64,000 nt of DNA. Origin: an uncultured Hormoscilla sp. (lineage in GTDB: Bacteria; Cyanobacteriota; Cyanobacteriia; Cyanobacteriales; Desertifilaceae). Shown in pieces: positions 32,373 through 42,658 of this stretch; position 1 is the stretch's first letter; the number at the start of each line of letters is the position of its first letter. The position numbers were made by a program, and so were the translations under genes. Location: positions 3,584,001 through 3,648,000 of the forward strand of contig OZ001293.3 of NCBI GenBank assembly GCA_963921275.4. The letters run 5' to 3'. The notes under the pieces were generated by a model that saw nothing but the letters and a program-made list of their open reading frames with translations, ran no database searches and was not told the origin of the DNA.

Positions 32373-33653
32373 ATGTTGCAAAAATCACCAATCAGAAATT
32401 CCTGGATCTCCTTTCTAGAACCCTGTCAGCCGATAGACTGGTTACTGTTTCTGTTGCCAGTGGGTCTCACCGTGTTTGGAGGAATAATGATCCGCAGCAC
32501 GGAATTAAATCAGGGACTGAAGGACTGGTGGCAACACTGGTTAGTGGGTGGGATTGGGTTAGCACTGGCGGTATTGCTCACCCGCTGGCGTTATCAAATC
32601 CTGATGCAGTGGCAGTGGACGATCTACGCTCTCACAAATCTCTTTTTGCTGGCGGTGATCTTTATCGGCACCACCGGAGGGGGGGCACAGCGGTGGATTA
32701 CTGTTGCTGGCTTCAATGTTCAACCCTCGGAATTTGCCAAGTTAGGGTTAATTATCACTCTGGCGGGTATCCTACAAGCTAAAACGGCTGATACCATTGG
32801 TACGCTCTTCAAAGCCCTGGGGATCGCTGCTATTCCCTGGGCCTTGGTGTTTTTGCAACCAGACTTAGGCACATCACTGGTGTTTGGGGCGATCGCCCTG
32901 GGAATGCTCTACTGGAGCAATACTAATCCCGGTTGGTTGGTGCTGCTGATTTCCCCGATCGTCTCAGTAGTGCTGTTCAACCTGTATCTCACAGGATGGT
33001 TTATCTGGGCCGCAATCATCATATTGATTGCCTTGTTCACCTTACCCTGGCCACAATGGGGAGCATTAGGTACCCTCTCTCTCAACGTGATGGCTGGCGA
33101 ATTCGGACAGCTTCTCTGGGAGAGCTTATTGAAAGACTATCAAAAAGACCGGCTAATACGGTTTCTGAACCCGGAACAAGACCCCTTGGGAGGTGGATAC
33201 CACCTGATGCAATCTCGGATCGCCATTGGTGCTGGTCAACTTTGGGGACAGGGACTCCACCAGGGAACTCAAACTCAGTTGAACTTTATTCCCGAACAGC
33301 ATACTGATTTTATCTTCTCCGCCGTTGGTGAAGAGTTTGGTTTTGTGGGCTGCATTGTCCTGCTATTCGTCTTCTGGTCGATCTGCCTGCGAATGGCTTT
33401 CGTCGCCCACAATGCTAAGGACAACTTTGGTTCCTTGCTAGCAATTGGTGTCTTGACGATGATAGTTTTTCAGGTGCTTGTTAACATTGGTATGACCATC
33501 GGTCTGGTCCCCGTTACTGGCATCCCACTGCCTTGGATGAGTTACGGTCGTTCGGCCTTACTGACAAACTTTATTGCCATTGGGCTAGTAGAATCGGTAG
33601 CCAACCACCGGCAGCGAACCAGTTTGTTTACAAGGAATAAAAGGAAACATTAG
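32373..33653 (+). CDS. rodA: Rod shape-determining protein RodA
   Basis: QPSEFAK, QPDLGT, IPEQHTDFIFS, PVTGIPLPWMSYG. Confidence 0.93.
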   Translation: MLQKSPIRNSWISFLEPCQPIDWLLFLLPVGLTVFGGIMIRSTELNQGLKDWWQHWLVGGIGLALAVLLTRWRYQILMQWQWTIYALTNLFLLAVIFIGTTGGGAQRWITVAGFNVQPSEFAKLGLIITLAGILQAKTADTIGTLFKALGIAAIPWALVFLQPDLGTSLVFGAIALGMLYWSNTNPGWLVLLISPIVSVVLFNLYLTGWFIWAAIIILIALFTLPWPQWGALGTLSLNVMAGEFGQLLWESLLKDYQKDRLIRFLNPEQDPLGGGYHLMQSRIAIGAGQLWGQGLHQGTQTQLNFIPEQHTDFIFSAVGEEFGFVGCIVLLFVFWSICLRMAFVAHNAKDNFGSLLAIGVLTMIVFQVLVNIGMTIGLVPVTGIPLPWMSYGRSALLTNFIAIGLVESVANHRQRTSLFTRNKRKH

Positions 33654-33702
33654 CGCTGATTCCTAGTAAAATATTGAATGTTAACCTAGTTGGTAAGGAA
33701 TT

Positions 33703-33897
33703 ATGATTCTGCCCGGATCGGAAGTGCGCGTGAAGAACACAGGCGATACTTACTATGGCTTTCAAGGACTTGTTCAACGAGTCAGTGATGGCAAGGCAGC
33801 TGTGCTGTTTGAAGGTGGCAACTGGGATAAGTTAGTTACTTTCCGCTTGTCAGAACTAGAAGTGGTGGAGGTCAAGGCAAAAGGTAAAGGTAAGTAG
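33703..33897 (+). CDS. ndhS: NDH-1 subunit S
   Basis: [26 protein letters not shown]. Confidence 0.92.
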   Translation: MILPGSEVRVKNTGDTYYGFQGLVQRVSDGKAAVLFEGGNWDKLVTFRLSELEVVEVKAKGKGK

Positions 33898-33902
33898 GGA
33901 GA

Positions 33903-34030
33903 ATTAAAAATTGAAAATTGAAAATTGAGAATGGGAAATTGTTGATAATTTATTCATATTCATTCGTAATTGACAATTAACCATTCGCAATTAGCAATTT
34001 TCCATTCACAATTAGCAACTAACAACCAAC
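33903..34030. repeat. Heptamer short tandem repeats (STRR-like)
   Basis: AAAATTG, CATTCGC and AATTAGC-type 7-mers. Confidence 0.65.
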
Positions 34031-34039
34031 AAGGTTCCT

Positions 34040-34708
34040 ATGCGTCTTCCACTGCCACAATTTGCTACAGGTTCTCCTCAAGAAAACCACATCGCTGAGG
34101 TGATTGAAACCTCTACAACTGAATTTATGGCTCAATGTCTGGAACCAGAAGACCTTAGCTTTCCTGTTATGCCACCTTTCGGCAGTCTCGTCCGCTCTGT
34201 GGATGAAGAGTCGGATAATCATATCTATGCTGTAGTTTACTATGCTACTACTAGCCCAATCGACTCTGTTCACCGAGCGAGAGCTTTGGGGTTGTCTCTC
34301 CAGGAATTGCGCGAGCAGCAACCCCAAATCTTTGCTATGCTGAAAACTGAGTTCAAAGCCGCGATCGTCGGATTTACTCCTCCGAACTCTGGGGTGAATG
34401 GTTCTATCCGACTGAACAGTCCAGTTTATCAACACCTGCCTCCCCGTCCGCCCCAAATTCATCAAGCTGTCTATCAATGTACGTCAGCAGAAGTGATTAA
34501 TTTCAGCGAACAGCTGGATTTCTTGAAGATATTAATCCAATTATCAGGTACACCAGTCGATGCCCTGGCAGCAGCAACTATCCGCGAGATTTATCAACTC
34601 CGCAAGGCCGATCGCGCTTGGTTAGTCCAAGCAGGGCGCATTCTCAGCCTGTTACTAAAAGATGATTACGATCGCCTCCGCTACATTTTGAGCCAAATTC
34701 ATCCCTAA
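34040..34708 (+). CDS. HAS-barrel domain protein
   Basis: IAEVIETSTTEF..PPFGSLV, PPRPPQIHQAV. Confidence 0.75.
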   Translation: MRLPLPQFATGSPQENHIAEVIETSTTEFMAQCLEPEDLSFPVMPPFGSLVRSVDEESDNHIYAVVYYATTSPIDSVHRARALGLSLQELREQQPQIFAMLKTEFKAAIVGFTPPNSGVNGSIRLNSPVYQHLPPRPPQIHQAVYQCTSAEVINFSEQLDFLKILIQLSGTPVDALAAATIREIYQLRKADRAWLVQAGRILSLLLKDDYDRLRYILSQIHP

Positions 34709-34749
34709 AATTGAGAATTGAGCAATTGTTAATTGAGGTTACCTATTAG

Positions 34750-35026
34750 ACCATTTATTGAAAGATATGATAGTTGACGGTAGCACGGATTCGCTCGGAG
34801 GCGGGAGCCTCAGAAGACCGTTCCCAGGTTCTACCTGGGAACGAGAGGGCGGTGTGTCCTATGCATGTGCGAGTACGATGTCTCCTGGGTAGTGCGACGC
34901 CGGAGCGCGCTGCATGTCTTATGCCTGTGCGAGTAGCGCTCCCAGGACATGCAGCACCAGGAGGCATCGAGTGACCAGGACACACCGATAGGTTTTTTCT
35001 CTATCACAAGTTTAACAATTGGTATT
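34750..35026. mobile_element. Composite MITE-like element
   Basis: Shares ~100 bp of 5' sequence and the 3' end with 54712-54885, with extra nested palindromes. Confidence 0.7.
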
Positions 35027-35950
35027 AGCAGTCAAACAACTTGTAATTGTTGCCACCACGGACTTAGACAAACTCTCGAAGTCATAGCCTCCTTCGAGTC
35101 CGAACAGGATGCGACGAGTCAGGCGGAGGCAATAATCTGTAAATACTCCATAATCTTGTGGCTGTAAACAAATTCCGGCCAAGGGGTCATCATAATTGGC
35201 GTCATAACCGGCACTGACAATTAAGATATCTGGCCCAAAATCAGTCAAGAACGGCATCACTTTCTGTTCAAACATGGGCTGATATTCAGTGATCGTGCTA
35301 CCCCGCGCCATCGGAATATTGAGCACATTGTTGTGTAAACCACGCTCCCTGGCCGCACCAGTATCGGGATAAAAAGGAAATTGATGCAGCGAACAATAAG
35401 CAATTTGGGGGTTGCTTTCCACGATCGCCTGGGTGCCGTTACCGTGATGCACGTCCCAGTCGAGAATGGCAACGCGGTTGACTCCCGGTTGCTCTAGGGC
35501 GTAGTGAGCGGCGATCGCAGCATTGGAAAAGAGACAAAACCCCATGCCCCGATCCGATAAAGCGTGATGTCCCGGTGGACGGGCTAGCACAAAGGCTGGG
35601 TTACCAGTAGCCAGGAGGCGATCGACCCCATCTCGCCAGGCACTTACTGCCAGCAAGGCCACCTCATAACTGCGGGGAGAAACTGGCGTATCGCTGTCTA
35701 TTTGTCCGCCTCCTCGGTTGGCTAAATCTCTGACAAAATTGATATATGCCTCTGGATGAACCTGTTGCATCAGGGATAACACCGAACGTTCCTCTGGAGT
35801 TGTCGGCAGTTGCCACTCAATTCGATCGGCCCAAGGTGCCGCTTTTAAGCGGTTGATAATTACTGTCAGGCGTTCTGGCTTCTCGGGGTGTAGCCAACCA
35901 TTGTCGTGCAGTAGAAATTCATCTGAGTAGATAACAGGAAGCATAGTCAT
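35012..35950 (-). CDS. Histone deacetylase family protein
   Basis: HPEKPER, RPPGHHA, DWDVHHGNGTQ, SAGYDA, LEGGY. Confidence 0.93.
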   Translation of the reverse strand: MTMLPVIYSDEFLLHDNGWLHPEKPERLTVIINRLKAAPWADRIEWQLPTTPEERSVLSLMQQVHPEAYINFVRDLANRGGGQIDSDTPVSPRSYEVALLAVSAWRDGVDRLLATGNPAFVLARPPGHHALSDRGMGFCLFSNAAIAAHYALEQPGVNRVAILDWDVHHGNGTQAIVESNPQIAYCSLHQFPFYPDTGAARERGLHNNVLNIPMARGSTITEYQPMFEQKVMPFLTDFGPDILIVSAGYDANYDDPLAGICLQPQDYGVFTDYCLRLTRRILFGLEGGYDFESLSKSVVATITSCLTANTNC

Positions 35951-36195
35951 TGTTCTTAACAGTTGGGTTACAGACCAAAATTGAGCAAAAGTATGTTATT
36001 ATATTAGAAATAACCAAGGCGATATGAAAAGGAACTCATGTCCAAACAAGTCGGGTGAAAAAACTGTAATTGCTAGCCACTGATAACTGGTTGGGCGTGG
36101 TACGCGAGCACTGATCTTTAGGTAGACCTAAAGTTTACTGTGGAAAGATCGGACGCTCGACTTGGGAATTATTGATAGATGGAGTTTTTTGCTGT

Positions 36196-38826
36196 ATGAG
36201 CATGGAGCAGGAGCGGATTTTCCCGACAGATTTACGCAACGAGATGTCCCGGTCTTATCTAGAATACGCCATGAGCGTCATTGTTGGGAGGGCGCTCCCA
36301 GACGCTCGAGATGGATTGAAACCGGTACATAGGCGCATTCTCTACGCGATGCATGAGTTGGGACTCAGCCCAGACCGCCCTTTTAGAAAATGCGCTCGTG
36401 TGGTGGGGGAAGTTTTGGGTAAATACCATCCTCACGGCGATACGGCGGTTTATGATGCTTTGGTGCGCATGGCCCAGGATTTCTCCATGCGATCGCCCCT
36501 GATCGAGGGTCACGGGAACTTTGGTTCGGTTGACAATGACCCGCCAGCGGCAATGCGCTACACGGAATGCCGGTTGCAAGCCCTGACGGCGGATGCCATG
36601 CTCCGGGATATTGAGTCGGAAACGGTGGATTTTATCGATAATTTTGATGGCTCCCAGCAAGAACCGATCGTATTACCGGTGCGCATTCCCCAGCTGCTGC
36701 TGAATGGTTCCGCTGGGATCGCTGTGGGGATGGCAACTAATATCCCTCCTCATAATTTGGGAGAGTTGGTGGATGGCCTGGTGGCTTTGATCCATAATCC
36801 CGATATTACCGACACCCAACTGATGCGCTATATTCCCGGTCCGGATTTTCCTACTGGCGGGAGCATTCTGGGAATTGGCGGCATCAAAGATGCCTACACT
36901 GGCGGACGGGGGTCGATCGCCATGCGGGGTGTGGCCACAATTGAAACGATCGAACAGCGGGGACGCCCCGATCGGGAGGCGATTATTATCACGGAACTGC
37001 CTTATCAAATCAATAAAGCGGCCCTGATTGAGAAGATTGCCGAAATGGTCAATGATAAGCGCTTAGAGGGAATCTCTGATATCCGGGATGAAAGCGATCG
37101 GGACGGCATGCGGATCGTGGTGGAACTCAGGCGTGATGCTTATCCCCGAGTTGTCCTGAATAATCTCTACAAACAAACGCCCCTACAAACTAATTTTGGG
37201 GCAAATATGCTGGCGTTGGTGAATTCCCACCCGGAACTGCTATCCCTGAAGCAATTTCTGAATGTGTTTCTGGAATTCAGGGTGGAAGCGATTAGCAGAA
37301 GGACGCAATTTCAACTGCGGAAAGCTCGAGAACGGGATCATCTGTTGCAGGGTTTACTGATTGCCCTGGCGAACTTAGATGCAGTCATCCAGCTAATTAG
37401 AACCGCCGCAGATACGGGGACAGCGCGTCAGCAATTGATAGATACTTACGAACTTTCGGAAGCGCAAGCGGATGGCATTCTCCAGATGCAACTGCGACGC
37501 CTGACAGCTTTGGAAGCGGACAAGATCGACCAAGAACATAAAGAGTTACAAGCTATAATTGCTGACTTGGAGGATATTTTAACGCGGCGAGAACGAATTC
37601 TGGAAATTATCGAAACGGAAATAACTGAACTGAAACAGAAGTTCGCTACCCCCCGACGGACGCAAATTGACAGTGCCGATGGGGAACTGGTGGATATTGA
37701 CTTGATTGCTAACGAACAGGCTTTAATTCTGCTGACTGAGCAGGGTTATATCAAGCGCATGCCAGTGAATACCTTTGAGGCCCAAAATCGTGCGACTCGT
37801 GGCAAATCTGGCACGCGGATGAAGGAGGATGATGGGGTAGAACATTTCCTGACTTGCTGCGACCATGATAGCGTTTTGTTCTTTAGTCAAAGGGGCGTGG
37901 TTTACAGCCTGAACGCTTACCAAATTCCGGCGGCTTCTCGCACGGCCCGGGGGATGCCCATTGTGCAAATGCTGCCGATCCCGATGGATGAGAAAATAAC
38001 TTCTCTGGTGGCAGTGAGCGAGTTTCGGGATGATGAATATCTGGTGATGCTGACGAAAGGGGGCTACATTAAAAAGACGGCCCTGGCAGCTTTTAGCAAT
38101 ATTCGCGCTAATGGATTGATTGCTATTTCTCTGCAAGAGGGAGATGAGTTGCGCTGGGTAAGACCGGCGACGGAAGAAGATAGCGTGATTATTGGGTCTT
38201 CTCAGGCAAAGGCTATTCACTTTAGAACAAATGCAGTGCAATTGCGGGCTAGTGGTCGCACCTCCAGAGGGGTGAGGTCCATGAAATTGGTGGATGGAGA
38301 TGAGTTGATCGGCATGGATATATTGCCAAGGAACATTGTGGCTAGTTTAGAGAATGATGCCACGGAGTCGGACTCGGAGGCGGAAGACAATCTTGCGGAA
38401 AATTTGGACACAGAGGCGGACGACATAGATTCGGAAAAAGCGGAAACAGAAGCAGAAGAACTTGCTGTGGATAACTCGACTGGACCTTGGGTGCTGATTG
38501 TCACTAATAATGGCTATGGTAAACGTACTCCTGTTTCTCAGTTCCGCTTGCAAAGGCGGGCCGGAAAGGGCTTGATCGCTGCTAAGTTTAAATCCCGCAA
38601 GTCTAAGGATGAACTGGCAGCCCTGCGAATTGTCAATGAAGATGATGAACTGATGATGATCACCAGTCGCGGGATTATTATCCGTCAGGCGGTGAATGCT
38701 ATTTCTATTCAATCTCGTGGTGCAACTGGCGTCCGGGTGCAGCGCTTGGATGAAGATGATGCGATCGCAGCTGTGGCCCTGGTTCCCCCATTACCTGAAG
38801 AAGCAGGCGATCTGGAAGAAGATTAA
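36196..38826 (+). CDS. gyrA: DNA gyrase subunit A
   Basis: [15 protein letters not shown], GyrA-box-like QNRATRG, C-terminal blades with an acidic insert. Confidence 0.96.
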   Translation: MSMEQERIFPTDLRNEMSRSYLEYAMSVIVGRALPDARDGLKPVHRRILYAMHELGLSPDRPFRKCARVVGEVLGKYHPHGDTAVYDALVRMAQDFSMRSPLIEGHGNFGSVDNDPPAAMRYTECRLQALTADAMLRDIESETVDFIDNFDGSQQEPIVLPVRIPQLLLNGSAGIAVGMATNIPPHNLGELVDGLVALIHNPDITDTQLMRYIPGPDFPTGGSILGIGGIKDAYTGGRGSIAMRGVATIETIEQRGRPDREAIIITELPYQINKAALIEKIAEMVNDKRLEGISDIRDESDRDGMRIVVELRRDAYPRVVLNNLYKQTPLQTNFGANMLALVNSHPELLSLKQFLNVFLEFRVEAISRRTQFQLRKARERDHLLQGLLIALANLDAVIQLIRTAADTGTARQQLIDTYELSEAQADGILQMQLRRLTALEADKIDQEHKELQAIIADLEDILTRRERILEIIETEITELKQKFATPRRTQIDSADGELVDIDLIANEQALILLTEQGYIKRMPVNTFEAQNRATRGKSGTRMKEDDGVEHFLTCCDHDSVLFFSQRGVVYSLNAYQIPAASRTARGMPIVQMLPIPMDEKITSLVAVSEFRDDEYLVMLTKGGYIKKTALAAFSNIRANGLIAISLQEGDELRWVRPATEEDSVIIGSSQAKAIHFRTNAVQLRASGRTSRGVRSMKLVDGDELIGMDILPRNIVASLENDATESDSEAEDNLAENLDTEADDIDSEKAETEAEELAVDNSTGPWVLIVTNNGYGKRTPVSQFRLQRRAGKGLIAAKFKSRKSKDELAALRIVNEDDELMMITSRGIIIRQAVNAISIQSRGATGVRVQRLDEDDAIAAVALVPPLPEEAGDLEED

Positions 38827-38933
38827 GTTTGAAGAAATGGGTCATCTGCTGAAAACATTCTCACCCAGCCTGCGGTGTCTCCTGGGAGCGCTACATACGC
38901 TGCGCTCACACGGCTACGCCTGCGCGATCGCAC

Positions 38934-40610
38934 ATGCATAGGAGACACCGGACGATAATTGTTCGGCTGGGCATTGCCTTAACTGGCGGGATCTTAATGG
39001 GACTAACCACCGCTCCCGTTAATGCTTGGTTTCTGGCCTGGGTGGCTTTGGTTCCCCTCTGGATCCTGATTATTCATCCATCCCCGCACCTGCACGGGCC
39101 CGATGATAACATTGGCATGGGATCCTGGAAACTTTCCCTTTTCTTTGGCTTGGCTTGGGGAATTGGCTATCACGGTATTGCTTTATTCTGGATTACCGGT
39201 ATCCATCCCATGACTTGGTTGGGGGTTCCCTGGTTGGCAAGTCTGGCGATCGCCCTTTTCTGCTGGATTTTTATCACTCTCTGGGGTGCTAGTTTAGTTG
39301 TAGCTTGGTCCCTTGGCATGAAAATGGCGATATCATCTGGGGGGATGTCCCAACCCCTTTTCCCCATCGCCTTATTGCGGGTTCTGATGGGAGTTGCTTT
39401 CTGGTGCCTTCTGGAGGGCTTATGGAGTACCGGTTCCTTGTGGTGGACTTCCCTTTCCTTTACCCAAAGTCCTGATAATCTCGCTATTTTGCAGTTGGGA
39501 AAAATTTCTGGTCCTAATACAATAACAGCCGCGATCGTAGCTGTGAATGGATTAATTGCTGAAGCTTGTTTACACCCTAGTCTCACTCACACCCGGAGCC
39601 CCACCCTAAAGGGTGGGGCTACAGGAACGAAGCCCGCCTGCGCGGGCTTTAATGCATCTAGCTATTGGACATATTTAAGTTTAGCAGCGGGGTTGCTGCT
39701 GACTCTGCATCTGGTAGGTTTTGTCATGTATAATCGTCCCCTTCACGATCGGTCAGCAGCAGCATTAAAAGTGGGAATTATTCAAGGGAATATTCCTAAT
39801 GAAATTAAGCTTTATACCGCTGGAGGACGGCGGGCATTGTCTGGTTATACTAGAGCCTATAAGGCATTAGCAGCCCAAGGTGTGGATGCCGTGCTGATTC
39901 CGGAAACTGCTTTGCCTTTTGTTTGGACAGCACAAAACAATAGTCCTTTCAATCAAGCAATTAGAGAAACAGGGGCGATAGCTTGGGTAGGGGCTTTCGG
40001 CCAGCATGAGAATAGCATTACTAATAGCTTATTTACCGTTACTGGCACGGGTGATATTTTCAGCCGCTACGATAAAATAAAACTGGTGCCTTTGGGAGAG
40101 TTTATTCCTTTTGAACAATTTCTGGGCAAGTTAATCGATCGACTTTCGCCTCTGGATGCTCATCTAGTTGCAGGAAAGGCAGAACAACTGTTTGATACTC
40201 CCTTTGGTCGCGCGATCGCGGCCATCTGCTATGACTCAGCTTTTGCCGAAGTTTTCCGCCTGCAAGCGGCAGATGGAGGGCAGTTTATCCTCACCGCTGC
40301 TAATAATGCTCACTATAGCCCAACCATGCCATCGCAACATCATGCTCAAGATGTGATGAGGGCCATTGAAACCGATAGATGGGCAGTCAGGGCTACAAAT
40401 ACAGGCTATTCTGCTATTGTAGACCCCTACGGCAGAACTGTATGGATTTCTGGGATTAATACCTATGAGATTCATGCTGCTACAATTTACCGCAGACAGA
40501 CTCAGACTTTGTATGTTCGCTGGGGTGATTGGTTGACGTCAGTTTTGGTGGGTTTGGCGGCCCTGGGGTGCTATGCTTTCTGGCAAAGGTCACAGCAGCT
40601 TGACTCATAA
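38934..40610 (+). CDS. lnt: Apolipoprotein N-acyltransferase
   Basis: Multi-TM N-terminus, IQGNI, PETA, KLVPLGE, ICYDS, RATNTGYS; start uncertain. Confidence 0.9.
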   Translation: MHRRHRTIIVRLGIALTGGILMGLTTAPVNAWFLAWVALVPLWILIIHPSPHLHGPDDNIGMGSWKLSLFFGLAWGIGYHGIALFWITGIHPMTWLGVPWLASLAIALFCWIFITLWGASLVVAWSLGMKMAISSGGMSQPLFPIALLRVLMGVAFWCLLEGLWSTGSLWWTSLSFTQSPDNLAILQLGKISGPNTITAAIVAVNGLIAEACLHPSLTHTRSPTLKGGATGTKPACAGFNASSYWTYLSLAAGLLLTLHLVGFVMYNRPLHDRSAAALKVGIIQGNIPNEIKLYTAGGRRALSGYTRAYKALAAQGVDAVLIPETALPFVWTAQNNSPFNQAIRETGAIAWVGAFGQHENSITNSLFTVTGTGDIFSRYDKIKLVPLGEFIPFEQFLGKLIDRLSPLDAHLVAGKAEQLFDTPFGRAIAAICYDSAFAEVFRLQAADGGQFILTAANNAHYSPTMPSQHHAQDVMRAIETDRWAVRATNTGYSAIVDPYGRTVWISGINTYEIHAATIYRRQTQTLYVRWGDWLTSVLVGLAALGCYAFWQRSQQLDS

Positions 40611-40653
40611 GGGCAATCCAGTATAATAAATAGAGTGATAATACTTCGATGAG

Positions 40654-40998
40654 GTGAAAGCCATGGATGATTTGGATAAACGCAAGGTTTTATCAGCTCT
40701 ATGTCATGGAGCGATATTTTTTAGCTCGACGATCATCTCTGTCGGGATCCCGATCACGATCTTGTTTGTCACTGAGGACTCAATAATCAAAGCAAATGCG
40801 AAGGAATCGCTTAATTTCCACATCAACCTTTATATTTATGCGATCATATTTGCATTGCTGATTGCTGTGCTAATTGGCATCCCACTGCTAATTATATTGT
40901 GTTTGATCAGTTGGATAATGCCCATTATTGCCATTGTCAAGGTGCTCGCAGATCCTGACAAGCCTTACCGCTATCCCTTTATTTTTCGCTTGCTGTAG
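40654..40998 (+). CDS. DUF4870 (Tic20-like) membrane protein
   Basis: LSALCH, NAKESLNF, YRYPFIFRL. Confidence 0.8.
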   Translation: MKAMDDLDKRKVLSALCHGAIFFSSTIISVGIPITILFVTEDSIIKANAKESLNFHINLYIYAIIFALLIAVLIGIPLLIILCLISWIMPIIAIVKVLADPDKPYRYPFIFRLL

Positions 40999-41157
40999 CC
41001 GACCGGCCCGTCATGCTCTAAAATTACAACCCATTGCATTGCTTACCTTCTGCTGAAGAACTCCCTGACTCGGACGATACAGTTTTAGTTTTTGGGGGCG
41101 ATCGCTCCAGATTTCACGCTCGTTCGGGCGATCAGACATTCCTTCACAGATGCGATG

Positions 41158-41343
41158 GGTGTATCTGTCATTTGCAAATCTATCTGTAGGGGCAGTGCGT
41201 AGCGCACTGCGTAAAAGCGCAGCGGCTGCGTAGCAGCTAGCATTCGGGCGACAAGTTATGACACAAAAAGAAAAATATTCGGTCCGAATGCTAGCGCTGA
41301 CGCGCAGCGGAGCTAAACGCCCGCCGCGTCGTGAGATGCACCC
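41158..41343. repeat. MITE-like element with GGGTGCATCT/AGATGCACCC-type ends and nested REP-like hairpins
   Basis: Imperfect inverted ends; shorter relative near 59297-59353. Confidence 0.45.
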
Positions 41344-41428
41344 GATGCGATCGCCCCTGTACCCGACGCCGCAACACCAGTTTTTGTTTAAATCCCGTTA
41401 AGTTGATTTGGAGGTTAAACGACCACAA

Positions 41429-42367
41429 ATGTTTATGAGTAAACGATTTAAAGGGCTAGGCTCTGGACTACTGATAGGGGCAGGTGTACTGCTAAGTCTT
41501 TTCCTGAACTTTTTGCCGACAGGATCCCAGGGTCTGGAGGTGCCGTCAGAGCCATTTCCCAGTGAAGTGAATGAGTCGCCCCCACCCGAAGTCGGTTGGG
41601 AATTTTTGGGTCGGCAGAGTCTCAACACTGCCATCATTTCAGAAACTGAATATTACGGCGAATGTCCGGGGCGCACACATAATCATATCGAAGCCCGCTT
41701 CACCTCCAGGGAGACTCCTCCAGCAGGCCAGCGGCGGGTCGTCGTGCGGAATGTAACCCCTGGTCTTGACGATGACCCCTCACCTTATACGGATCGAGAA
41801 TATTATGAGGGTCGGGCTTCGGAAGCCACCAAGATGCGCTTTGGCATGAAGCACAGTAAGAGATACTTCCATGTGTTGCCCGGAGAAAATCAGTTTGAAT
41901 ACGAAATTAAGGAGCATCGGCGGGGGCCAGTGATTGATTCGGGCAAATTCTCAGCAACCATTGCCCGCAATCTGCAACGGGTGCAGCGGGATGCTACGTT
42001 TGAGAAAGATAAGGTTTGTGCGAATTCCAGTGTGAGCTTGGATGTCTGCGCAGATGTCCGCAATCGCCATAAATGGTCTTGTCCTAATGGCAATATTATT
42101 AAGAGTGAAATATGCCCCAACGATCGCCGCATCATCACCGAAATCCACAACCACACCGATCGCACAATCAAGGTCTTTATCGACGGTCGAATGCGTCGCA
42201 TTGATAAAGGGGATTATGTAGATTTTGACGATCGGCATCCGTCGGTACGGTTTGAGTCTGGGGGACAGCGGAAATGGCATTCTCTTACTGCTGGCACAAG
42301 GTATCGGTTCTATAAGCGGGATGGCAAGATCGAGTTCGAAAAATATCGACGGCATTCGGGATGGTAA
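41429..42367 (+). CDS. Hypothetical exported protein
   Basis: ~310-aa ORF with a hydrophobic N-terminal segment and several Cys; no family recognised. Confidence 0.6.
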   Translation: MFMSKRFKGLGSGLLIGAGVLLSLFLNFLPTGSQGLEVPSEPFPSEVNESPPPEVGWEFLGRQSLNTAIISETEYYGECPGRTHNHIEARFTSRETPPAGQRRVVVRNVTPGLDDDPSPYTDREYYEGRASEATKMRFGMKHSKRYFHVLPGENQFEYEIKEHRRGPVIDSGKFSATIARNLQRVQRDATFEKDKVCANSSVSLDVCADVRNRHKWSCPNGNIIKSEICPNDRRIITEIHNHTDRTIKVFIDGRMRRIDKGDYVDFDDRHPSVRFESGGQRKWHSLTAGTRYRFYKRDGKIEFEKYRRHSGW

Positions 42368-42658
42368 AACCATGATGAAGGATGAATGAGGCTAAAGGTA
42401 AGGTTTCATCATCAGGCGGGTGTGGTCATGCATTAGTTGCATTAGCAGAGCAATTTTATCCTCTCGGGGTAATTGCACGGATCCCCTGAGCGGTGGGGCT
42501 GGAGGGATCGGTATTTTTATCAACGGGTTTTGACCACACTCTCATCTTTAGTCTGGGGGCGGCGGCGGAAGATGGACGATCGGGAAATTGGCTCAAACCA
42601 AAGGACAGATGCGTCTCAAAACCATACTAGAATGTAGAAGTACAACATATAGAAGATC

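Noticed and set aside
38350..38480. Intein or novel domain in GyrA
   Set aside because: Low-complexity acidic insert with no intein motifs; such inserts occur in cyanobacterial GyrA
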